A stretch of 64,000 bases of DNA from an uncultured Actinomycetes bacterium (GTDB taxonomy: Bacteria > Actinomycetota > Thermoleophilia > Solirubrobacterales > 70-9). This document shows positions 37,714 through 45,288 of the stretch, piece after piece. The stretch spans positions 113,188 to 177,187 of the forward strand of contig CAWGQQ010000002.1 in assembly GCA_963824865.1 (NCBI GenBank). The letters are read 5' to 3'. The position numbers and the translations under genes are program-made. The stretch's first letter is position 1. Each line of letters opens with the position of its first letter. The notes beneath the pieces were generated by a model, which saw only the letters and a program-made list of their open reading frames with translations, was not told the DNA's origin and did not search any database.

Positions 37714-37987
37714 GGGCGCCTACCTTAGAACCCGGTACTGACAGGTTTTGGTCGGGTTAGAGCGAGGTACTGGCAAGTTTCCGCCGTTTTCGCTAGGGTT
37801 TTGCAGGCATCGGCCTCTCAGATGGGGGCCCTTCTTTCAAGGAAGAAAGGAACGGTCATGGGTTACTCGCGTCGGTAGGCACCACTAGAGATCACTAGCA
37901 CCGCGCCGCGGCTCCACGGATGCGTGGCCCCAGCAGGGGCCCGTTCGTGATCGCGGCGCCTGCTTTTGGCGAGGCGTCGAGGAGGGC

Positions 37988-39380
37988 TCAGGCCCGGAGC
38001 CGCGGCCGAGCGGTGGTGCCGGCTGTCGCGTACTCGTGGATCCGCCGGTCGAGCGCAAGCTCCGTCTCGAAGTCGGCGTCCTCCCCGTGACGGTAGGGCA
38101 GGTCCTTGTCGACCAGGAGCTCGGCCAGGATCTCGACCAAGTTCGGGTCGAGCTGGGTACCGGCCGAGCGGCGCAGCTCGGTGATCGCCTCGTGGGCGCT
38201 CACCGGTTGCCGGTAGGAGTCGCGCGCCGTGAGCACGTCGTAGGTGTCGGCGACGGCGATCACCTTCGACAGCATCGGGATCTCGTCGCTGCGGAGGCTC
38301 TGCGGGTATCCCAGGCCGTCGAGGCGCTCGTGGTGGGCCAGGATGATGTCGCCGACGGGCTGGTAGCCGTCGATCTGGGAGACGATGCGGGCCCCCTCGT
38401 ACGGGTGCTTGCGAATCTCCACCCAGTCGGCCTCGGTGAGCTCCACGTTCCCCTTCAGGATCCGGTCGGGGAGGATGAACTTGCCGATGTCGTGCAGCAG
38501 GCCCGCTGTGTGGGCGAGCTCCTGCTCCTCCTCGGAGAGGCCCGCGGCGGCGGCGATCTCGCGCGAGTAGCGGGCGACGGCGGCGCTGTGGCGCGCGGTC
38601 ATCCGGTCGCGGAGGTCGAGCGTCCGCAGCAGGGCGCTCAGCAATGCGACCTGGAAGCCGGCCAGCTGCTTGGCCCGCAGCTCCAGCTCGTCGGCCCGCT
38701 GCTGGGAGACCAGGAGCGCCCCGATCAGATACTGGAAGACGATCACGACGACGGCGAACATGGCGATGGTCGGAAGGCCGAACTCGACGTAGAGGAAGGC
38801 GACGCCGACGGCCAGCAGGGCGGAGGCGAGCTCGGAGGGGAGCAGCGGGGCCAGCCCTCGGCGCGCTGCTGTCCACAGCGAGGTCCCGTCCACGTAGCTG
38901 GAGTAGCCCGCGATCAGGGTGAAGTTGATCGCCAGGGCGACCACGAAGAGGGCGAACACGCACAGGTAGAAGAGCCCGTCCGTCTGGCCGATCCCGGCCC
39001 CCTGGAGGACCGGCCGAGAAGGCGAGCCCGGAGATCAGCGGGAACCAGGCGTAGGTGACCAGGTTGATCAGCAGCGTCGCCGCCGCGTAGCGGAACCGGA
39101 GCCACGCGGCGGCCATGGTCGCGACCCCGATCACGGCGGCCGGCGTCTCCCCCAGGAAGACGGTGGCGGTGACGATGGTCAAGAAGCTCGACGAGATCAC
39201 CATCCTGCTGGCCGGGGTGTCGACCGCCGTCAGTTCGCCCACCACGGAGGTGGCCAGCAGGATGGCGAACAGGCCCAGGCCCCAGTTGGAGTCGCCGTTG
39301 AGCCAGATGGCGACCACGAGCGCCGCGGCCAGCGCGGCCAGCTCGAGGGCGATGACCCTCTTGCTTGGGCGTCCTGGCAT
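37988..39380 (-). CDS. membrane-anchored HD-GYP phosphodiesterase, one apparent frameshift near 39005-39020
   Basis: The N-terminal TM region (MPGRPSKRVIALELAALAAALVV.., frame of ORF 37863..39581) joins ..VLQGAGIGQTDGLFYLCVFALFVVALAINF.. (ORF 37988..38959). HD-GYP signatures LLHDIGK and HHERLDGLGYP. Confidence 0.85.
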
Positions 39381-39390
39381 ACGGGTCGTT

Positions 39391-39597
39391 TTAGCCGCGC
39401 ATCGCGGCGACGGACTGGCCGTTCGCCGATGGCTCGCGCATCGAGCGGATGAACCGGTCGAGGTCCGTGGTTGAGAATCGACGCTGCCCGCCAGGCGTCC
39501 GGTAGACGGGAACCAGCCCCTGGTTCGACCAGCTGCGCAGCGAGGCGGCGCTGACGCCCAGATAGGCGGCCGCCTGGCCAACGTTCAGTAGTCGCAT
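39391..39597 (-). CDS. small excisionase/MerR-type HTH DNA-binding protein
   Basis: MRLLNVGQAAAYLGVSAASLRSWSNQGLVPVYRTPGGQRRFSTTDLDRFI.. (HTH_17-like). GGAGGA RBS lies 3-4 nt before ATG 39597. The stop is 10 nt upstream of the HD-GYP gene. Confidence 0.65.
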   Translation of the reverse strand: MRLLNVGQAAAYLGVSAASLRSWSNQGLVPVYRTPGGQRRFSTTDLDRFIRSMREPSANGQSVAAMRG

Positions 39598-39786
39598 CTG
39601 TCCTCCCATCTCTGTTGAGGTCCTAGAGTCAAGACGTAAATCGCATAAAGGGCCCGTTTGGTGCGGTTTCTGACTAAGTTTTTCGCACTTTACACAGCTT
39701 TTTGCAAGTTTCCGGCCTGCGAAACGCCGGATTCCGATCCATGATCGCCCCTCGGCGACCTCCGTGCGCCGGTTGCAGGCGTTTCG

Positions 39787-41055
39787 TTGCCGGGCAGCAG
39801 GGTTCGGTCGATCGGCCTGGTTAGACTCGCAAGCCAGGTGGTCGATCCGGAGCGAGAAGACGCCGCTGCGGACGCGCCGGCGGACCCCGGCGAGGGGGAC
39901 CCGATCCTGGGTGCCACCCTCAATGCGCTGAAGCAGGCGGCGGAGGGCGTCGAGATCGAGCGGCGGGTGGCCGAGACCCTTCAGCGGAGCCTCTTGCCGC
40001 GGCTGCCGGTCGTGCCTGGCCTGCGGCTTGCGGCTCGATACCGGCCCGGAGGCGCGGAGGCCAGTATCGGGGGGGACTGGTACGACGCGATTCCCCTGCG
40101 GGGTGGAAACGTGGCGATCGCGATCGGAGACGTGGTCGGACGCGGCGTCAAAGCCGCGGCGCGAATGGCGCACCTGCAAAGCGCCTTGCGCGCCTACGCG
40201 CTTGAGTCCCTGCGACCCGCTTTGGTGCTGGAGAGGATGAACAGCTTCGTGCTCGAGGGAGAGCAGGGCGGGATGGTCACGCTGCTGTATGCGGTCGTCG
40301 ACCCGGATGGGCACACCGTGCAGGTGGCAAGCGCGGGCCACCCGCCGCCCCTGCTGCTCGAACCGGGCGGACCGCCGACCTTCGTGGAGGCGCCCGCGGG
40401 CAGTCCGCTGGGGGTGGCGCGCTACTCCGCTTACGAAGAGAGCGTGACGACGCTCGACCCTTCGTCGACGCTGCTGCTCTACACCGATGGCCTCGTCGAG
40501 GGCCCCGACCTGCCCCTCGGCCAGGGCCTGGAGGGGCTGCGAACTTCGATGGAGGACGGGCCGCGCGAGCCCGAGGAGCTCTGCCAAGCCGTGCTCGATT
40601 CGCTCGACGTGCGGGTCGGCTTCAGCGACGACCTCGCGCTGCTCGCCCTTCAGTTGACGCCACCCGGCAAGACGCTCAGCCTGACGCTGCCGACCCGACC
40701 CTCCTCGCTTGCCTCGATGCGTCGCGCGGTGGCGCAGTGGCTGCGGTTGGCGGGAGCCGGGGAGGACGAGATCTACGAGATCCTGGTCGCCTGTGGCGAG
40801 GCGGGCGCGAATACGGTCGCGCATGCCCATTCCGCGCTGTCGGACTCGTCGTTCGAAGTCCGCGCCGAGCGTGAGGGCCCCGAAATCGAGGTCACGGTTC
40901 GCGACACGGGTCGGTGGCGAGTGCCAGGGGATGAGGGCCGGGGCCGCGGGCTCGCGGTGATGCGGGAGTTGATGGACGATGTTGAGATCGAGCCCTCGGA
41001 CGACGGCACGACCGTCAGGCTGCGACGGCGGTTGCGCGGCGAGGACCTGGCATGA
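39787..41055 (+). CDS. PP2C (SpoIIE/RsbU-like) phosphatase fused to an RsbW-like HATPase anti-sigma kinase domain
   Basis: ..QRSLLP..ARYRPGG.EASIGGDWYDAI..IAIGDVVGRGVKAAARMA..LYTDGLVE.. followed by ..ILVACGEAGANTVAHAH..VRDTGRW..GRGRGLAVMRELMDDVEI... Start uncertain (TTG 39787 or GTG 39839). Confidence 0.8.
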   Translation: MPGSRVRSIGLVRLASQVVDPEREDAAADAPADPGEGDPILGATLNALKQAAEGVEIERRVAETLQRSLLPRLPVVPGLRLAARYRPGGAEASIGGDWYDAIPLRGGNVAIAIGDVVGRGVKAAARMAHLQSALRAYALESLRPALVLERMNSFVLEGEQGGMVTLLYAVVDPDGHTVQVASAGHPPPLLLEPGGPPTFVEAPAGSPLGVARYSAYEESVTTLDPSSTLLLYTDGLVEGPDLPLGQGLEGLRTSMEDGPREPEELCQAVLDSLDVRVGFSDDLALLALQLTPPGKTLSLTLPTRPSSLASMRRAVAQWLRLAGAGEDEIYEILVACGEAGANTVAHAHSALSDSSFEVRAEREGPEIEVTVRDTGRWRVPGDEGRGRGLAVMRELMDDVEIEPSDDGTTVRLRRRLRGEDLA

Positions 41056-41414
41056 GCCCCCTGGCGGATTTGAGCTTCGAGACGGCCGGCAGCGTGATCG
41101 TGGGGCGCGTCGTGGGCGAGATCGAGAGCGTCAACGCCGAGGAGATGAGCGCGGCGCTCGCCGCGCGGCTTACGAATGAGGCGGCCGGCCTGGTCATCGA
41201 CCTGTCGCAGGTGACCTACCTCGACAGCGTTGGGATCGAGCTCCTGTTCGACCTGGCGCGACGGTTGCGGACGCATCGCCAGAGGCTGCGACTCGTGGTG
41301 CCCGTGGGTGCCCCGATGCGTCGCGTCCTCGAGCTGTGCGACATCGATCGGGCTGCCCCGATCGATGCCACCGTCGAGGCCGCGCTCCAAGGCTTCGGGG
41401 AGCCCCCCGACTAG
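41052..41414 (+). CDS. STAS-domain anti-sigma-factor antagonist (RsbV/SpoIIAA-like)
   Basis: ..VIDLSQVTYLDSVGIELLFDLARRL.. is the STAS core. ATGA overlap with the PP2C-kinase gene. Confidence 0.85.
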   Translation: MSPLADLSFETAGSVIVGRVVGEIESVNAEEMSAALAARLTNEAAGLVIDLSQVTYLDSVGIELLFDLARRLRTHRQRLRLVVPVGAPMRRVLELCDIDRAAPIDATVEAALQGFGEPPD

Positions 41415-41466
41415 GCTCGCCGGGCCCGATGCGCCCGGGCCTGGTCCTGTGGCGTGAGGTAGCCGG

Positions 41467-42300
41467 TCAGGGGGTGCCGGCGGCCGACCAGGAGGCGCGG
41501 AAACGCTCCAGCGTCTCCTTCAGCCGCCCCGGGGGATCGCCGCTCGCGGAGACCAGGATCTCGCCGACCCGGTTCGCGAACGCCTGCAACAGCAGCAACT
41601 CCCCTCGCCCGGTCAGCCTGCTGGGCCGCGTGGTCAGGCAGATGACGCCCACCAGCCTTCCCGACGGAATCATCGGCGCGTAGATCGTCGTCCGTCCGCG
41701 GGCGTCGCCGCTGGAGCCCGAACCGTGGACAAGTTGCGCCCGCCGTTCCAATGCCGCACGGCCGAGCGTTCCCTGTCCGAGGGAGACGCGCTCGGGATGA
41801 TGATGGTCGCCGTTCTCGTCGGCGGCGCCCCGGATGGCGGCCCGGCGCAGCGACAGCCCGTCCTCCTCGGCCAGGAAGACCGTGCCTCCGTCGACGTCAT
41901 ACAGGGAGATCAGTCCGTCGAGCAGCGTCGCCATGGTGGTGTCGGACTTGCCCGCCGCGAGGTCCGCCCTGGCACGCGATCGCCCGGGGCGGGTTGCCGT
42001 GGTGGGGCCAGGCCCGGCCTCCCCAGGCGACGCCGGGGCATCCGTGGCCGCATCTGCCCCCTCGCCGATTTCGTTGCGCTGGAAGGCCAGCGCGACCGCC
42101 TGCGCGCGGCTGGAGGCGCCAAGCTTGGACATCGCGTTACGGATGTGCGTACGCACCGTCTCAGGCGAAAGCACCAGGGCCTCGGCTATCTGGGCCCCGC
42201 TGTCCCCGCCGGCGATCAGGCCTAGGATCTGCCGCTCCCGAACGGAGAGAGGCGCCCCCTGGCCGTCGCCGCGAGCGGCTCGGTTGCTGTCTTCGCTCAA
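41467..42300 (-). CDS. LuxR/GerE HTH (N-terminal) fused to a C-terminal GAF domain
   Basis: ..LSVRERQILGLIAGGDSGAQIAEALVLSPETVRTHIRNAMSKLGASSRAQAV.., then a Pro/Ala-rich linker, then a GAF-like region ..GGTVFLAEEDGLSLRRAA..GQGTLGRAA..IYAPMIPSGRLVGVICL... Confidence 0.72.
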   Translation of the reverse strand: MSEDSNRAARGDGQGAPLSVRERQILGLIAGGDSGAQIAEALVLSPETVRTHIRNAMSKLGASSRAQAVALAFQRNEIGEGADAATDAPASPGEAGPGPTTATRPGRSRARADLAAGKSDTTMATLLDGLISLYDVDGGTVFLAEEDGLSLRRAAIRGAADENGDHHHPERVSLGQGTLGRAALERRAQLVHGSGSSGDARGRTTIYAPMIPSGRLVGVICLTTRPSRLTGRGELLLLQAFANRVGEILVSASGDPPGRLKETLERFRASWSAAGTP

Positions 42301-42594
42301 CTGTCCTCCGTCTCGCGGCCCGCCGTCCTGCTCAACGGCGAAACTTGACTTCTGAGGAGGCTAGCACTAACCGCATTGGGGTAACGCGGGCTGCCAATAC
42401 TAGGTAATTGATCCCTTGACCGTTGACTACGGACACGATTTCTGGGCATCCTGATCACGTCCCGAAAACCCAGGTGGGGCGAGATCCCAGGCAGGGGTTG
42501 CCCCCGTTCCCCTCTTTTCCCGCGGTTGCATGGCAGATGGGTCGCGGACTCCGGGGGGGTAACAGCGTCGTCGCTGACGGCAGGAGAAAAGAGC

Positions 42595-42936
42595 ATGTTT
42601 AATCGATTCGTAGGCCAGCGTCCACGGCCTCAGTGGGGATTGTGGATTGCTTTGGGGCTTGCCATCGTCGCGCTCGCGGTTCCGACCGCTGCGCTGGCGG
42701 GCTCCCCCACCAGTTCCGAGTACGACACGACCAACCACCAGATCGCAGCCGCCGGCGGCGGCGGCGGACCTTCGGAGCCCGCCGGGCCCTCGGGTGGCGG
42801 CAACGACGCCGTCATCAGTGGCCTTCCGTTCACCGGCTTCGATGTCGGCATCCTCGCACTCGCGTCGGTCGCCCTGCTGGGCTCCGGCCTGACCCTGCGA
42901 CGGCTGTCCGATCCGGCCAGGCGGTCTTCCTCCTAG
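42595..42936 (+). CDS. very small LPXTG-type sortase substrate
   Basis: Signal peptide ..LWIALGLAIVALAVPTAALAG. Gly/Pro/Ser-rich ~45 aa mature part. Sorting signal LPFTG, hydrophobic FDVGILALASVALLGSGLTL, then RRLSDPARR. AGGAGA RBS upstream of ATG 42595. Confidence 0.7.
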   Translation: MFNRFVGQRPRPQWGLWIALGLAIVALAVPTAALAGSPTSSEYDTTNHQIAAAGGGGGPSEPAGPSGGGNDAVISGLPFTGFDVGILALASVALLGSGLTLRRLSDPARRSSS

Positions 42937-42997
42937 AGCGGAGGAACAAGGGACGAGGAGGCGAGAGGTCGCCGCTGAGCGAGCGGAGGACGACGAG

Positions 42998-44458
42998 ATG
43001 CTCGATACAGCCAACCACACTCGGGTAGTCGTTCCCGTTGCGCTCCGCGCGCTTGAGGCCCAGCGGCTGGTCAACCTGATCGCCTTCAAGGCAAACCCGG
43101 CCGTGGCGGCGGGGCTGATCGCCTACGCGCACATCGGCGAGGTAGGCTCGGCGCTGTTGGTCGCGGCCGCGATGCTGGGCGCGCTGCAGCTTGTCGAGCG
43201 CGCGACGCTGCCCTTGGAGTTGATGCCCGCGGCGCGCCTGGGGTTGGGCCTCTGCGCGCCCGTTCTGGGTGCCGCCGCCGCCGCGGCACTCGCCCTGGGA
43301 GCGGGCCATCAGCTCACGTTCGCAGACCTCCAGGCACCGGTAGCGGGCGCCTGGCTGATCATGGCCCTGGGAGTGTGGGTGACCATCCGGTTCGACGATG
43401 ACCGGCGCGCGCGGGTCGCCGTGATCGGGTCGGCGGGGTTCGCCTCCGATCTCGCCGAGGAGCTCGACGCGGCCGGTATCCGCGCCTATCAGGTGATCGG
43501 CTGGTTCGGGCGCGGGGAGCCCGGACCGGACACGCCCGGACTGCTGACCGGCCGCCTCGACTACCTCGGCGACTTGGAGGACGTCCGCTGGGCTGTCTTG
43601 GAGCGGCAGATCGAGCTGCTCGTTTGCGGGCGAGCCGACCCGGTCGACGCCAACAACGGCGCCGATTCGGATCGCGATCCCTATGCGGTGATCGCGGATT
43701 CCTGCCTCGATCTGCCGGTGCGGATGCTCGATGCGAATCAGCTCTACGAGGATCTGCTGGGGCACGTGCCGCTCGGGACCACGGACTCGGCTTGGTTCCG
43801 CTACATCATGCATCCGCGTTTTCGGCCGACGTCGCCGCTCTGGAAGCGGTGCTTCGACCTGGCCAACGCGGCCTGGATGGCCGTCTTCGTGCTGCCGTTG
43901 GTCGGCATCGCCGGAGTGGCGATCAAGCTGGCGGACGGCGGGCCGGTGTTCTACCGCCAGCGGCGCGTCGGCGAGCGCGGCAAGGAGTTCGAGATCGTGA
44001 AGCTTCGGACGATGGTTCCGGACGCCGAGACGAGCGGTCCGCAGTGGTGCGAGCCCGGCGACGAGCGCGTGACGCGCCTCGGCAGGTTCCTGCGCCGTTC
44101 TCACATCGACGAGCTGCCACAGCTCTGGAATGTCCTGCGAGGCGAGATGACGCTGGTCGGCCCGCGGCCAGAGCGCCCGGAGATCTGCGCCGAGCTCGAA
44201 AACCGGTTCCCGCACTACATTCGGCGTCACCTCGTGAAGCCGGGGATCACGGGCTGGGCGCAGCTTCGCTGCGGCTACGCAGGCTCGGAGCTGGGGACTG
44301 CATGGAAGCTCTGCCACGACCTCTTCTACATCAAGCGGCGCTCGATCCTGGCCGATTTCCTGATCATCGTCGAGACGGTGTTCCAGGCGGGGCGGGACGC
44401 CCATCGTGCGCTGCGCGCTCCAGGACAGCGGTTCATCGTGGGTGAGGCCAGTGAGTAG
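42998..44458 (+). CDS. exopolysaccharide polyprenyl-phosphate glycosyl-1-phosphate transferase (WbaP/Bac_transf family)
   Basis: N-terminal TM helices, central Rossmann-like region, C-terminal ..GGPVFYRQRRVGERGKEFEIVKLRTM..IDELPQLWNVLRGEMTLVGPRPERP..KPGITGWAQ... GGAGGA RBS. Confidence 0.9.
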   Translation: MLDTANHTRVVVPVALRALEAQRLVNLIAFKANPAVAAGLIAYAHIGEVGSALLVAAAMLGALQLVERATLPLELMPAARLGLGLCAPVLGAAAAAALALGAGHQLTFADLQAPVAGAWLIMALGVWVTIRFDDDRRARVAVIGSAGFASDLAEELDAAGIRAYQVIGWFGRGEPGPDTPGLLTGRLDYLGDLEDVRWAVLERQIELLVCGRADPVDANNGADSDRDPYAVIADSCLDLPVRMLDANQLYEDLLGHVPLGTTDSAWFRYIMHPRFRPTSPLWKRCFDLANAAWMAVFVLPLVGIAGVAIKLADGGPVFYRQRRVGERGKEFEIVKLRTMVPDAETSGPQWCEPGDERVTRLGRFLRRSHIDELPQLWNVLRGEMTLVGPRPERPEICAELENRFPHYIRRHLVKPGITGWAQLRCGYAGSELGTAWKLCHDLFYIKRRSILADFLIIVETVFQAGRDAHRALRAPGQRFIVGEASE

Positions 44459-45095
44459 CTCCAGCCAAGAGTTGGCCGGGGCCATGGGCCCGACCGCCGT
44501 CCCGACTCGGCTCGCGATCCTGGTCGTCGACGACGGGCGACGCTGCCTGGAGGTCAATCTGGCGGCCTGTCGGCTGCTCGGCCTTCCCCGGTCGGCAGCG
44601 CTCGGCCGGACGGTTGACGACTTCCTCACCTCCGGCATGCGCAAGCGCCTGGACCACGTCTGGCGCGCCTTTCGCGAGGGAGGCGGGCACGCCGGGCCGT
44701 TTGAGCTCAGCTCACAAGCTGCCGAGGTGCACGAGGTGAACCTGAGTGTTGTGGCCAATGTCCTCCCCGGCCGCCATCTGTTGATCCTCTCGGCGACCGA
44801 TTCCCAGTCCGACGGAGTGGAAGCCACGCGGCAGCCCCTCCCCGAGGTAGAGGCGCAGTCCGGCCGGGTCAACAGCGGTGCTCGCTTTGGCCGGGGCGGG
44901 CCGACCCCCCGCGAGCGGGAAGTGCTCGCGCTCTTGGCGGCGGGGGCCACCGACGAGCAGATCGCGGAGATGCTCGAGCTCTCGCCGGCGACGGTGCAGA
45001 CCCACGTGCGAAACGCCAAGGCCAAGCTTGGGGCGCGAACGAGAGCCCAGGCGGTGGCCATGGCGCTCCAGCACGGCATGATCAGCGTCAGCTGA
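44451..45095 (+). CDS. PAS-like sensor domain fused to LuxR/GerE HTH
   Basis: ..LAILVVDDGRRCLEVNLAACRLLGLPRSAALGRTVDDF.. (PAS-like), then ..TPREREVLALLAAGATDEQIAEMLELSPATVQTHVRNAKAKLGARTRAQAV... GTG 44451 overlaps the upstream stop by 8 nt. Confidence 0.75.
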   Translation: MSSSSQELAGAMGPTAVPTRLAILVVDDGRRCLEVNLAACRLLGLPRSAALGRTVDDFLTSGMRKRLDHVWRAFREGGGHAGPFELSSQAAEVHEVNLSVVANVLPGRHLLILSATDSQSDGVEATRQPLPEVEAQSGRVNSGARFGRGGPTPREREVLALLAAGATDEQIAEMLELSPATVQTHVRNAKAKLGARTRAQAVAMALQHGMISVS

Positions 45096-45288
45096 GCGGC
45101 GCCTTGGCCGGCGGGCCTGAACCGCGGCAGGGCCCGGGCCAGGCAAGTAGGGGAACCGGCCCGCATCCACGAACCGGACGAATTGGTTCCGACCTGCGGA
45201 ACCAACGGACCACAGTTCGATCACCGCGGTCCTGCTGGGCATCGGTATCCGGGGCTATGCGGACAGCGATCGTGTGACCACTCGCCCC

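Noticed and set aside
37766-37810. TGGCA...TTGCA strings suggestive of a sigma-54 (-24/-12) promoter.
   Set aside because: The GG-to-GC spacing is off by one relative to the TGGCAC-N5-TTGC consensus, and the gene content looks actinobacterial, a group that generally lacks sigma-54.
37829-37878. A purine/pyrimidine inverted repeat CCTTCTTTC-AAG-GAAGAAAGG, followed by a 6-codon ORF (ATG 37858, MGYSRR stop) with a strong-looking AGGAAGAAAGGA purine tract.
   Set aside because: On checking, the arms are not fully complementary (a 5-bp perfect core only). The micro-ORF is too short to evaluate, and no T-tract or conserved leader feature supports a terminator or attenuator.
45096-45288. The hairpin TTGGTTCC-GACCTGC-GGAACCAA between the convergent PAS-LuxR and O-antigen-ligase-TPR genes, and CGGGC...GCCCG after the STAS gene (41415-41466), considered as terminators.
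   Set aside because: Both are plausible stem-loops, but neither has a U-tract. In GC-rich DNA such stems arise often, so they are left uncalled as features pending 3'-end mapping.
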